64,000 nucleotides of DNA, taken from an uncultured Pseudomonadota bacterium. GTDB taxonomy: Bacteria > Pseudomonadota > Alphaproteobacteria > JACZXZ01. A model generated the notes under the pieces. The model was not told the origin of the DNA, searched no databases, and saw only the letters and a list, made by a program, of their open reading frames with translations. The position numbers and the translations under genes were made by a program. Every line of letters begins with the position of its first letter. Within the stretch, counting starts at the first letter, position 1. Of this stretch, positions 41,763 through 50,185 are shown piece by piece. Location of the stretch: assembly GCA_963749075.1 (NCBI GenBank), contig CAVVLJ010000021.1, positions 352,001 through 416,000 of the forward strand, written 5' to 3'.

Positions 41763-42394
41763 GCGCCGTTCCCCCGTGCCGCGAAATCCTGCAGGCGGAG
41801 CTCCCGCACCTCGCCGAGGCCGAGCGGCAGATGGCTCGCCACCAGGAGCAGCCCGCCCTTGGTGCGGTGGGCCGTAAGCGCCCTCTCGAGTGCGGCCAAC
41901 GCCTCCTCGTCGAGGCCGACGCTGGGCTCGTCGAGGAGCCAGAGCTCGGCGTCGGCAGTCAGCAGGCGGGCGAGGTTGAGGCGGCGGCGCTGCCCCGACG
42001 AGAGCATGCGCCCGGGCACCTCGGCGAGCGCTGCCAGGCCGAAATGCGCGAGCGCGCCGTCGACGGCGTCGCCCGAGCCATCCCGGAGCTCTGCCCAGAA
42101 GACGAGGTTCTCGCGCGCGCTCAAGACCGGCTTCACCGGGTCCTGGTGCCCGACGTAGACGAGCCGCGCGCGGTGCGCCTCGCGGTCCTCCGCGATCGCG
42201 GCACCGTCCCAGAGGAGGCGGCCCTCGGCCGGCGGCAAGAGGCCGGCGGCAATGCGCAGCAGGCTCGATTTGCCGCTGCCGTTGGGGCCGGAGAGCAGCA
42301 GCGCCTCGCCGGAGCGGAGCGAGAGTGCGAGCCCGGCGAACACCAGGCGCTCGCCGCGCACGCAAGCGACATCCTCGGCCTCGAACAGCGCCAT
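41759..42394 (-). CDS. ccmA: Heme ABC exporter ATPase CcmA
   Basis: CVRGERLVF, GPNGSGKS, LSSGQRRR, WLLDEP. Confidence 0.93.
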   Translation of the reverse strand: MALFEAEDVACVRGERLVFAGLALSLRSGEALLLSGPNGSGKSSLLRIAAGLLPPAEGRLLWDGAAIAEDREAHRARLVYVGHQDPVKPVLSARENLVFWAELRDGSGDAVDGALAHFGLAALAEVPGRMLSSGQRRRLNLARLLTADAELWLLDEPSVGLDEEALAALERALTAHRTKGGLLLVASHLPLGLGEVRELRLQDFAARGNGA

Positions 42395-42463
42395 GGGCTC
42401 CTTGAATAGCGGCAAGTGCCCTCTCTCGTCACAGGAATTCGTCGCTTGCCGGAAGCCGGGCGC

Positions 42464-42499
42464 AAAAGAAAGCAGCCGGCGGTGTGAGCCGCCGGCTGC
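42464..42499 (-). terminator. Rho-independent terminator
   Basis: Minus strand GCAGCCGGCGG-CTCACA-CCGCCGGCTGC followed by TTTCTTTT. Confidence 0.8.
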
Positions 42500-42600
42500 A
42501 AGGGGGTGCCGGGCCTAGGCGGTCCGGCTCCGGAGGCTGAGGGGGCAGCCTCTGGCAAAGAGGGGAGGTCTTTACCGGGGGTGATCCTGGCGTCGGAATG
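42464..42600 (-). ncRNA. Candidate multi-hairpin small RNA with C-rich loops
   Basis: GGTAAAGA-CCTCCCC-TCTTTGCC and GAGGCTG-CCCCCT-CAGCCTC, a third stem, then the terminator; AT-rich promoter-like region upstream; 5' end approximate. Confidence 0.6.
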
Positions 42601-42730
42601 TGACCCGCCTGCGCCTGAAATAGGGCATTTATGTGATTTTTAGGCGCCGGATTCGGGCGCGGGCGCGTAGATTAACAGATTGTAATGAAACGGTTTTTCC
42701 AAGATGGTGCAATTTTGCGCCGATCCCCGG

Positions 42731-42841
42731 TCCTTCGAGACGCGCCCCTTCGGGGCGCTCCCCAGGACGAGGTCGAATTGCGTGTGGCAAAAAGGCTCGA
42801 ACTCATCCTGAGGGGCGAGCGAAAGCGAGCGTCTCGAAGGA
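42731..42841. repeat. Palindromic repeat family A, inverted pair
   Basis: TCCTTCGAGACG..CCCCAGGACGAGG / CTCATCCTGAGG..CGTCTCGAAGGA. Confidence 0.75.
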
Positions 42842-42910
42842 CCCGCCGCCCTCAGTCCGGTACACCGCACTTATTTTGCAACGCCCTCCTGCGGCCTGCT
42901 AGGCTTGGGC

Positions 42911-43369
42911 ATGGCGGCGGCACCGACCATCGCGATCGAGGATCCCGATCAGCCCGAGCTGCACGCGCTGCTCGAAGAGGCGGACGATTTCTATGCCGGG
43001 CTCTATCCGCCAAAGCGCAACCACCTCCTCGACGTGGCCGAGCTCAAGGAGCCGGGCGTGGCGCTCTACGTGGTGCGCGCGGAGGGCCGGGCGGTCGGCT
43101 GCGGCGCCTTCGTGAGCCACGGCGGCTGGGGCGAGATCAAGCGCATGTATGTGGCGCACGCGGCGCGCGGGCAGCGCCTCGGCCGCCTGGTGCTTGCGGC
43201 CCTCGAGGCCCACGCGAAGGAGGCGGGCATCGCTGTCATCCGCCTCGAGACCGGCACCAAGCAGCTCCCCGCCCTCTCGCTCTACCGCTCGGCCGGCTAC
43301 CGCCCGCGCGGCCCCTTCGGCGGCTACCCCGCCGACCGCACCAACGTCTTCATGGAAAAGCCGCTCTGA
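42911..43369 (+). CDS. GNAT family N-acetyltransferase
   Basis: VGCGA, GEIKRMYV, ARGQRLG, RLETGTKQLPALSLYRSAGY. Confidence 0.9.
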   Translation: MAAAPTIAIEDPDQPELHALLEEADDFYAGLYPPKRNHLLDVAELKEPGVALYVVRAEGRAVGCGAFVSHGGWGEIKRMYVAHAARGQRLGRLVLAALEAHAKEAGIAVIRLETGTKQLPALSLYRSAGYRPRGPFGGYPADRTNVFMEKPL

Positions 43370-43381
43370 GGGACGCCGGCG

Positions 43382-44639
43382 CTAGTCGTTCTTGCGCACG
43401 TCGTCGATGACCTTGCCGTCGTTGGGCAGCGTGCCGGGCGCCGCCAGGGCGACGTCGGCGCGCAGCTTGGCGATCTCGTGGAAGCTCTTGGCCACTGCCT
43501 CGACGAGCGCCGCCGCAGGCGCGCCGCGCACCTCGCAGGCGAGGGTGGCGGTATCGAGGAGATCGCGGCGGTCGATGGTGAGGCGGGCCCTGAGGATCTC
43601 GGGATGGCGCTTCGCCACCTCGGCGATCTGGCCCGGGCGCACGAACATGCCGCGCAGCTTGGCCGTCTGGTCGGCGCGGCCCATCCAACCCTTGATGCGG
43701 AGAGCTGTGCGGCCGCAGGGGCTGGCGCCCGGGAGGAGTGCCGAGAGATCGCCGGTCGCGAAGCGGATGAGCGGATAGACGCGGTTGAGCACGCTCGCCA
43801 CCACCTCGCCGACCTCGCCGGGAGCCACCGGATCGCCGGTGCCCGGGCGCACGAGCTCGAGGATGACGCCCTCGTCCGCGATCATGCCCTCCTTGGCCTC
43901 GGATTCGTAGGCGACGAGGCCGAGGTCGGCGGTGGCGTAGCACTGCAGCACGCGCATCCCGTGGCTCTCGATGGCGGCGCGCAAGGAAGGCGGCAGCGCC
44001 TCGCCGCTGACGAGGGCCTTCTTGAGCGAGCTTGCGTCGAGGCCGAGCTCGCCCGCCTTGTCGAGGAGTATCTTGAGGAAGGAGGGCGTGCCGCTATAGC
44101 CGACCGGGCGCAGCTCCGCGATGACGCGGGCCTGGAGCTCGCTCTGGCCCTGTGCCGCCCGGGATCACCGCGCAGCCGAGGGCCGCGGCACCGTCCTCGA
44201 GCATCGCCCCCGCCGGGGTCAGATGGTAGGAGAAACCGTTGTGCACGAGATCGCCCGGGCGGAAGCCGGCGGCGAAGAGGGCGCGCGCCAGGCGCCAGTA
44301 GTCCTTCTCGCCGCCCTCGGGGTCGTAAATGGGGCCGGGCGAGGCGAAGATGCGGCGGAGACCGGAGGGCGGCCGGGTGACGAGGCCGCCGAAGGGGGGT
44401 ATCGCGCGCTGCAGCTCCATGAGCTCGGACTTGCGCGTGAGCGGCAGTCGCGCGAGGGCCGCGCGGTCGGCGAGTGCTGCCGCATCCACGCCCTCGAGGA
44501 TGCGCGCCCAGCCGGGCGCCTTCGCCTTCGCCTCGGCGACGAGCACGCGCAATGCTGCGAACTGCGCCTTCTCGCGCGCCTCGGGCTCGCGCCTCTCGAG
44601 CTCGTCGAAATAAGCGCTCGACGCTGCCACGGCGCTCAC
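43382..44639 (-). CDS. Phenylacetate-CoA ligase (PaaK-like) family protein, frameshift at ~44149
   Basis: IFASPGPIYDP, FSYHLTPAG, GGTG|QSELQ junction, YATADLG, YPLIRFATGD, LPNDGKVIDD. Confidence 0.85.
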
Positions 44640-45448
44640 GCGAGCCAGCGCTTGCGCCGCTTATAGTGCTTGACCTCGCGGTAGCTGCGCCGCCGCTCGC
44701 CGGCGAGGCCCAAGTAGAACTCCTTCACGTCCTCGTTCTGGCGCAGCTTCTCGGCAGGTCCATCGAGCACGATGCGGCCGTTCTCGAGGATGTAGCCGTA
44801 GTCGGCGTAGCGCAGGGCGAGGTTGGTGTTCTGCTCGGCGAGCAGCAGGCTCACCCCCTCCTTGACGTTGAGCTCCTTGACGATGGCGAAGATCTCCTCG
44901 ACGAGCTGGGGGGCCAGGCCCATCGAGGGCTCGTCGAGCAGCATCATGGTCGGCCGCGACATGAGCGCGCGGCCGATCGCCACCATCTGCTGCTCGCCGC
45001 CCGAGGTATAGCCGGCTTGCGAGGCGCGGCGCTCCTTGAGGCGGGGGAAGTAGCCGTAGACGAGCTCGAGATCGCGCGCGATGGCGCCCCGCCCGTCGCG
45101 CCTGGTGAAGGCGCCGGCGAGGAGGTTTTCCTCCACGGTCAGGTGCTCGAAGCAGTGGCGCCCCTCCATCACCTGGATGACGCCGCGGCGCACCAGCTCG
45201 TTGGGCGAGAGGCGGTCGACGCGCTCGCCCTTGAACTCGATGGCGCCCTTGGTGACCTCGCCGCGCTCGGCGCGCAGCAGGTTGGAGATGGCCTTGAGCG
45301 TCGTGGTCTTGCCCGCGCCATTGGCCCCGAGGAGGGCGGTGACGCCCCCCTCGGGAACCTGGAGCGAGACGCCCTTCAAGACCAGGATCACGTGGTCGTA
45401 GATGACCTCGACGTTGTTGACGGCGAGGAGAGGAGGCGCCTCTGCCAC
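44636..45448 (-). CDS. Branched-chain-type ABC transporter ATPase (LivF-like)
   Basis: GANGAGKTT, SGGEQQM, LLDEPSMGLAP. Confidence 0.92.
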   Translation of the reverse strand: MAEAPPLLAVNNVEVIYDHVILVLKGVSLQVPEGGVTALLGANGAGKTTTLKAISNLLRAERGEVTKGAIEFKGERVDRLSPNELVRRGVIQVMEGRHCFEHLTVEENLLAGAFTRRDGRGAIARDLELVYGYFPRLKERRASQAGYTSGGEQQMVAIGRALMSRPTMMLLDEPSMGLAPQLVEEIFAIVKELNVKEGVSLLLAEQNTNLALRYADYGYILENGRIVLDGPAEKLRQNEDVKEFYLGLAGERRRSYREVKHYKRRKRWLA

Positions 45449-45471
45449 GTTAGAGCGTCTTTGGCCGCCTC

Positions 45472-45578
45472 GCCCTTCGAGACGCGCGCTTTGCGCGCTC
45501 CTCAGGGTGAGGCGGCCCCCACGTTTGGCGGATTTCCTCATCCTGAGGAGGGCCGCAGGCCCGTCTCGAAGGATGAGG
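45472..45578. repeat. Palindromic repeat family A, inverted pair
   Basis: CCCTTCGAGACG..CTCCTCAGGGTGAGG / TCCTCATCCTGAGGAG..CGTCTCGAAGGATGAGG. Confidence 0.8.
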
Positions 45579-45610
45579 AAATCGCTTCGCTGACATGTGC
45601 GATCAGGCGT

Positions 45611-46948
45611 TCACTGGGACGCCAGCTCCTTCGAGCAGTCGCGCGGCTTGAAGCCCTTCTCCTTGGCGTAGGCGAGGGCCGACTCCTTGTACATCTCGCG
45701 CAGCATGCCGCGCTCCGGCACGATCCAGTCGGTGATGGTCTTCCAGTGCTGGCCGTCCCACTGCTGCATCTTGGCGTTGCCGGCGCCCTCGTGGTCCTCG
45801 CAGGAGAGCTTGATGCCGGTCAAGAGGCCGTCCGCGCCGAGCGCCTTGATGCGCGCCTCGGTGATGTTGAGGTTCTCGAGACCCCAGCGCACCTGCTCGC
45901 CGGTCAAGGGCTTCTTGCCGAACTTGCCCTGCGCCGTGCGGATCGCCTCGGTGTCGTAGATGGCGTTGACCACGCCGCGGTCGTAGAGCACCTCGCCGAC
46001 CTTGGCCTTGGTGGTGTGGCCGCCGCCCTTGGCGTAGACGTACTTGAGGATGTCCTGGACGACCGGGAAACTGTCGCCGACGCCGGTGAAGTTGGCGGCG
46101 AGATAGCCCTTAGCCGCCGCCCCCGCCGGCTCCACGTCGGGCTCCGCACCCGACCACCAGATGCCGATGAAGTGGTCCATGGGGTAGCCCACGTTGGCGG
46201 CCGCCTTGATGGCCGTCGAGTTCATGACGCCCCAGCCCCACATCAAGACCCAGTCGGGCTTCTGCTGGCGGATCTGCAGCCAGGTCGCCGTCTGCTCGAT
46301 GCCGGGAGGCGAGACGGGGAACTTGGAGAAGGTGAAGCCGAGCTTCGCGGAGAGCTTCTCGAGCGTGGCGATGGGCTCCTTGCCGTAGGCGCTGTCGTGG
46401 TAGACGAGGGCGATCTTCTTGCCCTTGAGGCTGGCCATGCCGCCTTCCTTGCCGCCGATGTACTGCACGATGGCGTCCGCCCCCGCCCAGTAGGTGATCG
46501 GGTAGGTGAAGACGTAGGGGAAGACCGGCCCGTAGCTCGCGTCCGCCCGGCCGTAGCCCATGGAGACCACCGGTATCTTGTCGGCGGTGGCGCGCTCGAT
46601 GAGGGCGTAGGTGATGCCGGTCGAGAGCGGGTCGACCAGCGAGGCGCCGGTCGGGGCATGGCCCTTGAGGCGCTCGTAGCACTCGACGCCCTTGTCGTTG
46701 TTGTAGGCGGTCTCGCACTCCTCGTAGGTGATCTTGACGCCGCCCACCCCGCCGTCGCGGGCGTCGATCATGTCGAGATAATCGTCGTAGCCGTCGGCGA
46801 AGGGAATGCCGTTCGGCGCATAGGGACCCGTGCGGTAGACGAGGCGCGGGATGAACTGCTCGTTCTGCGCCATGGCCTCGGTAGCACCGAGCGTCCAGGC
46901 GACGGCCCCGATGGCGGCGAGGCCAACCAGGAGTTTGCGAAAGTGCAT
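45611..46948 (-). CDS. ABC transporter substrate-binding protein (LivJ/PBP1 family)
   Basis: Signal peptide; YRTGPYAPNG, ECETAYNNDKGVECYERLK, YHDSAYGKEP. Confidence 0.92.
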   Translation of the reverse strand: MHFRKLLVGLAAIGAVAWTLGATEAMAQNEQFIPRLVYRTGPYAPNGIPFADGYDDYLDMIDARDGGVGGVKITYEECETAYNNDKGVECYERLKGHAPTGASLVDPLSTGITYALIERATADKIPVVSMGYGRADASYGPVFPYVFTYPITYWAGADAIVQYIGGKEGGMASLKGKKIALVYHDSAYGKEPIATLEKLSAKLGFTFSKFPVSPPGIEQTATWLQIRQQKPDWVLMWGWGVMNSTAIKAAANVGYPMDHFIGIWWSGAEPDVEPAGAAAKGYLAANFTGVGDSFPVVQDILKYVYAKGGGHTTKAKVGEVLYDRGVVNAIYDTEAIRTAQGKFGKKPLTGEQVRWGLENLNITEARIKALGADGLLTGIKLSCEDHEGAGNAKMQQWDGQHWKTITDWIVPERGMLREMYKESALAYAKEKGFKPRDCSKELASQ

Positions 46949-47185
46949 GAAACCCTCCCTTGCATTGCGTAAAGCCACTGCCGGGTCGTGCGCTGAGGCA
47001 GGCCTTGGACGGCTCGTTACCGGCAACTGCGGGGAGGGTAACATTGGCGAGGTTAGGGGCGCAAACGGTCTATCAGTGGGGAGGTCGGGTGGAGCTGGCG
47101 AAAGGTCGGCTGACCCGGAGCGGGCACCTGGCCGGACGGGATCGGGCCGCGGCTCGTAACCTGAACTGGTTGCCGGCCTCTATAG

Positions 47186-47696
47186 TTACGCCGCCGGATC
47201 GTCAATGATCTCCGAGCCTATCACTTCTGGTTCTGTTTCCAGGTTAATGACGAAGACAACCAAGTTCAAACCCGCTGCTCGTGCGGAGGGAACAATCAAT
47301 CCGTCATGTTCGAGCCACGCTGCGGCCTGTCCCACCTTTCGACATGCGCTATGGTCGGGATCGGCGAGCGCTGCGTGGTCGATCCCGAGTTCCCGTAGCA
47401 TTGCTTCGTCACTCAATCGAATCACGGAGCGGAGAGTGACGCGAATTCGGTGCAGCACGCGCTTGACGCGGAGAGGCACGGATTGTGCGGCGATCAGGTA
47501 ATTGCCCTCAGCGAGCGCCGTCGCTCGTTCGAGAACTCGAGTAAAGGGCGTCAACGCCGGGTGGATTCCATCGGGCACCGCGCGTATTGGGCAGGAGCGG
47601 ATCACGATCACCGAGAATGTGACGATAGACCGTGCCGCTCCAAGGTCCAGGTTCCAGCCGTTGAAGCTTGTCGACGAGGGCTTTTTCGAGAGCCAC
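47186..47696 (-). CDS. RES-domain toxin, frameshift at ~47534
   Basis: VYRH...GARWNPPG..ALYSS then LERATALAE...DGLIVPSAR..GLNLVVF. Confidence 0.8.
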
Positions 47697-47710
47697 GTCT
47701 TGGTCCGCTG

Positions 47711-48049
47711 TTACACGTACGCTCCCGTCTTAAGTTGCTCGATCACGCCGAGAACATCGTCCAGTTTGCCATCGTGAATCCGCTTCTCAGGAGTCTCTCC
47801 CCCAAGAAGCCGATGCGGCGAAAATAGCCACAGCTTGGCCTCTTCCGGCGAATAAAATTCCGACAACTCGGTTACCAACCATTCGAGCGTGAGCAACCGC
47901 TGCAGCCGGTTGGGTTGAGGTTCGGCGCGGCCCTGCCGCCATCGCGACACCGTCTCAGGCGTCGTGTCCAGCATTCGCGCGACGTCGCGGGATTTTATGC
48001 CGGCCCGCTTCTTGATCGAATCGAGTCGATTTGCGAGCGCACTCGCCAT
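47711..48049 (-). CDS. Xre/MbcA-ParS-like antitoxin
   Basis: HTH DVARMLDTTPETVSRW; WLFSPHRLLGGETP; directly upstream of RES. Confidence 0.85.
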   Translation of the reverse strand: MASALANRLDSIKKRAGIKSRDVARMLDTTPETVSRWRQGRAEPQPNRLQRLLTLEWLVTELSEFYSPEEAKLWLFSPHRLLGGETPEKRIHDGKLDDVLGVIEQLKTGAYV

Positions 48050-48215
48050 AACCAAGATCTCCCTTTGTGCGCGAGCTGGTGCGGCCCTGAGGCCGGCTAT
48101 GCCTTGTCGCAACTTAAATGTGCCGATGCGACGACGGTACAGGCGCAACCCCACGAGCCCTCGCATTGATGAATCTATTGACGCTATGGATGACGTTACC
48201 ATTGACGTATAAAGT

Positions 48216-48449
48216 TCACAAGGTCCTAGAGGACCCTTTGGCCCTTCGGAGCGCGTTCAGAGCAATCCCAAAGGAGGTATCCTCGAATTTCTCGTTTGCG
48301 CTGTGCCAAGGTCCAGCGAAGCCGTCGACGTACACGACATGTGAGTATGCACTGGCTGTCTTGTGGACGAGAGCCTCGAGATAGCTCTGAAGAAATACGT
48401 GCTTAACGTAGGTTTGCTCACGACCGGCATAATCGTGAAGCGAGACCAT
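48216..48449 (-). pseudogene. Truncated three-Cys-motif partner protein (TcmP) N-terminus
   Basis: EQTYVKHVFLQSYL...YVDGFAGPW methyltransferase-like start, stops after 77 aa; directly follows DUF5131. Confidence 0.7.
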
Positions 48450-48450
48450 C

Positions 48451-49200
48451 TCACTCGGCCGCGATTGCGCACGAGGCTGGAGGACGCGGGAATTGGCTCC
48501 ATTCCCGCCCGTCGAGCTCACGTCCGCCCGATTTCGGACGCAGCCCTCCCCATTGCTTGAAGAAAAAGGCGACGCCCCTCTCGAGGCACTGGTCGCGTAC
48601 CTCGCGCACCCATTCGGGATCCATGGGGCGGGCGCCCGGGCCGCTTTCGCCGCCGACGATCACCCAATCGATCCCGGCAAGGTCGAGTTTGCCAACGGGC
48701 CCGATCAGCGGCTCGATCGAGAGAAAGCGCACACCGGCCGGGGTTTCCTGAAGGTGCCGGATGCGGGATTTTTTGCTGCCGTCCTCTACGGAGACGCCGA
48801 ACCACATGTGGAGCGGGCCGCGCGCGCGGGCGTAGCGTCGGCGCAGGAAGTCGCGCATAAGGGACGAGCGCTTTGTGAGGACCTGAAAGGCGTGCCAGGG
48901 CGCGCGCTCCATCGTGTCGCACACGCGGGCGATGAAGTCCTCAGGCACCTCCTTATGAAAGAGGTCGCTCATGGAGTTGACGAAGATCATTCGAGGCGCA
49001 CGCCAGCAGAGAGGCTGTTCGAGACGCTCGGGACGGAGCGTCAGATCGAAGCCCATTTCGAACGGATGGCCGGAGGTCCCGCGGAAGCGCTCGGAGAAGC
49101 GCTCGGCATAGCAGTGGTCGCAGCCGGCGCTGATCTTGGTGCAGCCGGTCACCGGGTTCCAGGTCGCATCCGTCCATTCGATTGACGTGGCGATGCTCAT
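48451..49200 (-). CDS. DUF5131 (phage Gp37/Gp68) three-Cys-motif protein
   Basis: IEWTDATWNPVTGCTKISAGCDHCYAE, IFVNSMSDLFH, FQVLTKR, WVIVGGESG, FFFKQWGG. Confidence 0.92.
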   Translation of the reverse strand: MSIATSIEWTDATWNPVTGCTKISAGCDHCYAERFSERFRGTSGHPFEMGFDLTLRPERLEQPLCWRAPRMIFVNSMSDLFHKEVPEDFIARVCDTMERAPWHAFQVLTKRSSLMRDFLRRRYARARGPLHMWFGVSVEDGSKKSRIRHLQETPAGVRFLSIEPLIGPVGKLDLAGIDWVIVGGESGPGARPMDPEWVREVRDQCLERGVAFFFKQWGGLRPKSGGRELDGREWSQFPRPPASCAIAAE

Positions 49201-49209
49201 GGCGCTCTC

Positions 49210-49224
49210 GAACAAAACAGGAAC
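49210..49224 (-). promoter_or_regulatory. Alphaproteobacterial LexA (SOS) box
   Basis: GAAC-AAAACAG-GAAC (GTTC-N7-GTTC on the coding strand), 9 bp before the DUF5131 ATG. Confidence 0.75.
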
Positions 49225-49369
49225 ATACCACAATCAGGAGCGCAGATTAAGCAATTTGTCTCCGCGAGGCACGCACCGTTCGGCCCGACAATGTGTCCCC
49301 GCGCCAGATGCGCCTTACGAGAACCTCCGCTTCCGACCCGACCGGCTGCCCGGACGGCCCAGCTGCAAT

Positions 49370-50104
49370 TCAGCCCTGCGCCCCTGCCCCGCTCGCCGAT
49401 ACCTTACCCCCCCACGTCTCGATGATCTCGGCGTGCGTCTTCACGATCGCGTAGTCGGTGATGTAGCGCATGGCGTCGTCCGTTCGCTCGAGGCGGCTCG
49501 CCCGGAGGCAGTCCCGGACGGCGACGCGGAGGTAGCCGAGATGAGCGGCGGTGATGAGCGTCGGCACGATGCCGACCTCGGCACCCAGGCCCAGGATGAT
49601 GATCGTGCGGAAGCCGTTCCAGCGGAGGAAGGCGTCGAGCGTGGTGGCGAAGAAGGCGTCGGGCCGGTATTTCCGGATCACCCAGTCGTCCGCCTCCGGC
49701 TTCACCGGCTCGAACACCTGGTTGCCCCAGGTGCCCTCGACGGTCGAGATGTCGCGGTATTCGTCCTGCTCGGGCGGCGCTCCCCAGCCGGCGTCGCGGT
49801 AGGCGGTGGACGGCAGGCTCGGAGGATCGTCGGGCCCGCTCGCGTGCGGCCGGCCCCAGATGTTCTGGCTTCTGCCGTCGGCGAAGCTCGTCCAGGTGAG
49901 ATAGGCGACCCGCACGCGGGCCTTCCGCGCGGCAGCGATGAGCGTCGCCGTCGCGGGCACGATCGCGGAGACATCCATTCGCATGCCGATCCGGTCGAAC
50001 TTGCCGCCCGGTGCCACGAAGGCGTTGAGGAGCTCGTGCACGAGAAGGATGGTGTGCTTCGGGTCGATGATCTCCGCAAAGGTCCTCAGCTTGTAGCCGG
50101 TCAT
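49370..50104 (-). CDS. Isochorismatase/cysteine hydrolase family protein, atypical active site
   Basis: IDPKHTILLVHELLNAF, EGTWG, KYRPDAFFATTLDAFLR, LGLGAEVGIVPT. Confidence 0.8.
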   Translation of the reverse strand: MTGYKLRTFAEIIDPKHTILLVHELLNAFVAPGGKFDRIGMRMDVSAIVPATATLIAAARKARVRVAYLTWTSFADGRSQNIWGRPHASGPDDPPSLPSTAYRDAGWGAPPEQDEYRDISTVEGTWGNQVFEPVKPEADDWVIRKYRPDAFFATTLDAFLRWNGFRTIIILGLGAEVGIVPTLITAAHLGYLRVAVRDCLRASRLERTDDAMRYITDYAIVKTHAEIIETWGGKVSASGAGAQG

Positions 50105-50185
50105 GGCGTGATTGCTCCGCGCGCGTCGGTGGGGATCGGGTGGACGAGAGGTGGCCCCAAATCTGATTTGCGCCCCGCCCGCCCC

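Larger units (their letters stand above)
47112..49340 (-). mobile_element. Candidate integrated islet (DUF5131, truncated tcmP, Xre-RES)
   Basis: More AT-rich block interrupting the ABC operon, flanked by GACCCG direct repeats; no recombinase inside. Confidence 0.45.

Noticed and set aside
42670-42690. CtrA box in TTAACAGATTGTAA
   Set aside because: Does not fit TTAA-N7-TTAA spacing or sequence
48451-49200. Prophage inferred from the Gp37/Gp68 family name
   Set aside because: No structural, replication or integrase genes nearby
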